Source: the human T2T-CHM13v2.0 reference genome, Homo sapiens. From it: a stretch of DNA of 64,000 nucleotides. The position numbers and the translations under genes were made by a program. Below are positions 61,877-64,000 of the stretch, one piece after another. Under the pieces are notes generated by a model. The model was not told the origin of the DNA, searched no databases, and worked only from the letters and a program-made list of their open reading frames with translations. The stretch lies in NCBI RefSeq assembly GCF_009914755.1, contig NC_060934.1; one strand, 5' to 3'. Numbering within the stretch: position 1 is the stretch's first letter; every line of letters starts with the position of its first letter.

Positions 61877-63015
61877 AATGTGTTGGTCTTATCATGAAAA
61901 ATGTTTCAGTCAAACTGTTGTTGTGGTCAAGTCAAAGTTATATTTATTATACAAAGCTGGAACAGGAATACAATAGTCAAAGAAATATTACAACATAGCA
62001 TGTGTGCCTCTGTCACTAAAGAGACTAGGTGAAAGAATATGAATATGTGATCACAAATTTCTGTATTATTCTCAAAATATCTGACCAAATATCCTTTGAA
62101 GGGCCAGTAGATCTCCCCACATCACCATTTGTGGAGCAATATGACATCTAAATATGCTGGCAAGGCAATGATTTTATGTAATGTACCCCCAAAAGAGAGC
62201 TAAACTTGCTGCAGAAGAGATTTAGACAGGTGGTGATGTTTTTCTAGAATCATTTCCATAACCTTAAAGTGCCCCCCAGGAACCAGAAGGCATTGGTTTT
62301 GAAGTCCACTATTATACCATCTGTCACCTGTAAAGAATAGCCTGGCCCTAGAATGTGAAATTTAACACAGATACTGCTTGCATTAAGCAAAGACCTCATA
62401 AATAAGAATGTAATAAAATGGGCCATAGTGACTTAATTTTCACTGCCATTCTTGGTTTGATTATCAAGCCAATCCAAACAGGGACAAAGAATTAGATGAG
62501 TATATTGGCTGACTGGGTTGGATATTAAAAAACAACAACGCTAAGCTACCATTTCAGTCCCTACTTAAAAAGCAATAAAAGCAATGATTATACATATTCA
62601 TTTACCATTGTTTAAAAATAACAAAGGAGATATTTATGCTGGGAAAAATATAAATGGTGCATCCAGTGACAGCTATCTAAACATGAATCCAGGGACAACA
62701 TTGAGATCAGCAGTACACATGACAGGGTAGTCTGAAAATATAAAATGCCCTGAAATCTAGTGACCAACATATAGAGAGAAATATTACTTCATATATTTCT
62801 GCTTTTAAAACCCGATGTAATGCAATGATGCTTTAAATTATATCTATCTGAAATAGTTTGCAAGTATATGTTGCTGAACATCCTACTAACTCTGGAAGAA
62901 GAGGGCACACCTGCACAGCCTAGATTCATCTGTGGGGCGGTGGCAGTTAACATCAGCAGGAAATAAAAAACAGGGACAGAAAACAGACAGGCTATGATCA
63001 GAATTTGGGAGAATT

Positions 63016-63450
63016 GGCCCAGCGCGGTGGCTCAAGCCTATAATCTCAGCTCTTTGGAAGGCTGAGGCAGGCGGATCACTTGAGGCCAGGAGTTCAAGAC
63101 CAGCCTGGCCAACATGGGAAAACCCCATCTCTACTAAAAATATAAAAATTAGCTGGGTGTAATAGCATGTGCCTGTAACCCCAGCTACTCAAAAGGCTGA
63201 GGCAGGCAGTTCACTTGAGGCCAGGAGTTCAAGACCAGCCTGGCCAACATGGGAAAACTCCATCTCTACTAAAAACACAAAAATTAGCTGGGTGTAATAG
63301 CATGCGCCTGTAACCCCAGCTACTCCAAAGGCTGAGACACGAGAATCTCTTGAAACCAGGAGGCAGAGATTGCAGTGAGCACTCCAGCCTGGGCAACACA
63401 GCAAGACCCTGTCTCAAAAGCAAAACAAAACAAAAGGAAAAACAAACAAA
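63016..63450 (+). mobile_element. Trimeric Alu (135-bp internal duplication)
   Basis: Units 63058-63192 and 63193-63327; TSD agaattt(g/t)ggagaa. Confidence 0.95.
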
Positions 63451-64000
63451 GAATTTTGGAGAACCACTTTTTCAAATCATCTGGCCTGCTGAACTCAAGG
63501 CCTTTTCCGACCTTGACCTTTGAGACGACATCACCCTCAGTGCTTCCTGACTCCTCGGTTTCAACACAATGGCAGCTCTAATTCCAAATCCCTCCCAACC
63601 TGCACCTTGCTCTCCTCCAGACCCCAAGTCCTGATCCTGTAAATGGGCCTGCTCATGTCCTGCCAAGTTCTTACCCCAACTGAAGCAAGATTCTAATGTT
63701 GTGTGATCAACAGGTACAAATATCACTAAATTTTTTTCAAGAATTTTTATCTCACACCTCAAGATGATGTACTAAAGGAACTAAGAACAGAGCATGTTCA
63801 AAGCTACCTAGTAAAGAAATCTCTTAATCTGTTGCTACCTAACACAGAAAACATTCAAAGAGTTTCAAATGATTATGGTCTCAGGAGATAGTGGCCAAAA
63901 TAGGAATGATTTCTCTCTTGCAGATTCACACAGGAAATTAATGTTTCACCAGCATCAGTTCAGCCTCAGAACCACTCTAGTAAAAAAGGCACTACTATAA

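Noticed and set aside
62889-62990. Possible short minus-strand exon (cccacag|ATGAATC...CAGA|gttagt)
   Set aside because: The splice signals are plausible but unremarkable, and no peptide is recognisable; this cannot be supported without data.

Overview
Primate (human-like) genomic DNA: CpG-depleted and rich in Alu, L1, MIR, L2 and MaLR LTR repeats. There is no multi-exon protein-coding gene I can name. The only recognisable coding sequence is a cyclophilin A (PPIA) retrocopy on the minus strand (about 15986-16740). Its reading frame is undisrupted, but the ATG has mutated to ATA. A repeat-free 2.8 kb block (about 8487-11331) looks like the terminal exon/3'UTR of an unidentified minus-strand gene, with a splice acceptor at 11333 and AATAAA at 8511-8506. 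If so, most of the window above 11.3 kb would be intronic. Nearly all ORF-track entries are Alu, LTR or L1 artefacts. The best lead is that the retrocopy lies in the same orientation as this putative host and keeps an in-frame phase-1 cryptic acceptor in the PPIA 5'UTR, the arrangement used by TRIMCyp fusions. This is a hypothesis only. Other notable structure: a 250-bp inverted templated insertion inside an MST LTR, a 110-bp dispersed duplication, a MADE1 hairpin whose two arms share variants, an Alu-born 37-bp minisatellite, a trimeric Alu, and a perfect DR3 nuclear-receptor element. Repeat families were assigned by eye from remembered consensus sequences, and boundaries without a target-site duplication (TSD) are approximate. 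I cannot demonstrate a novel biological system from sequence alone.
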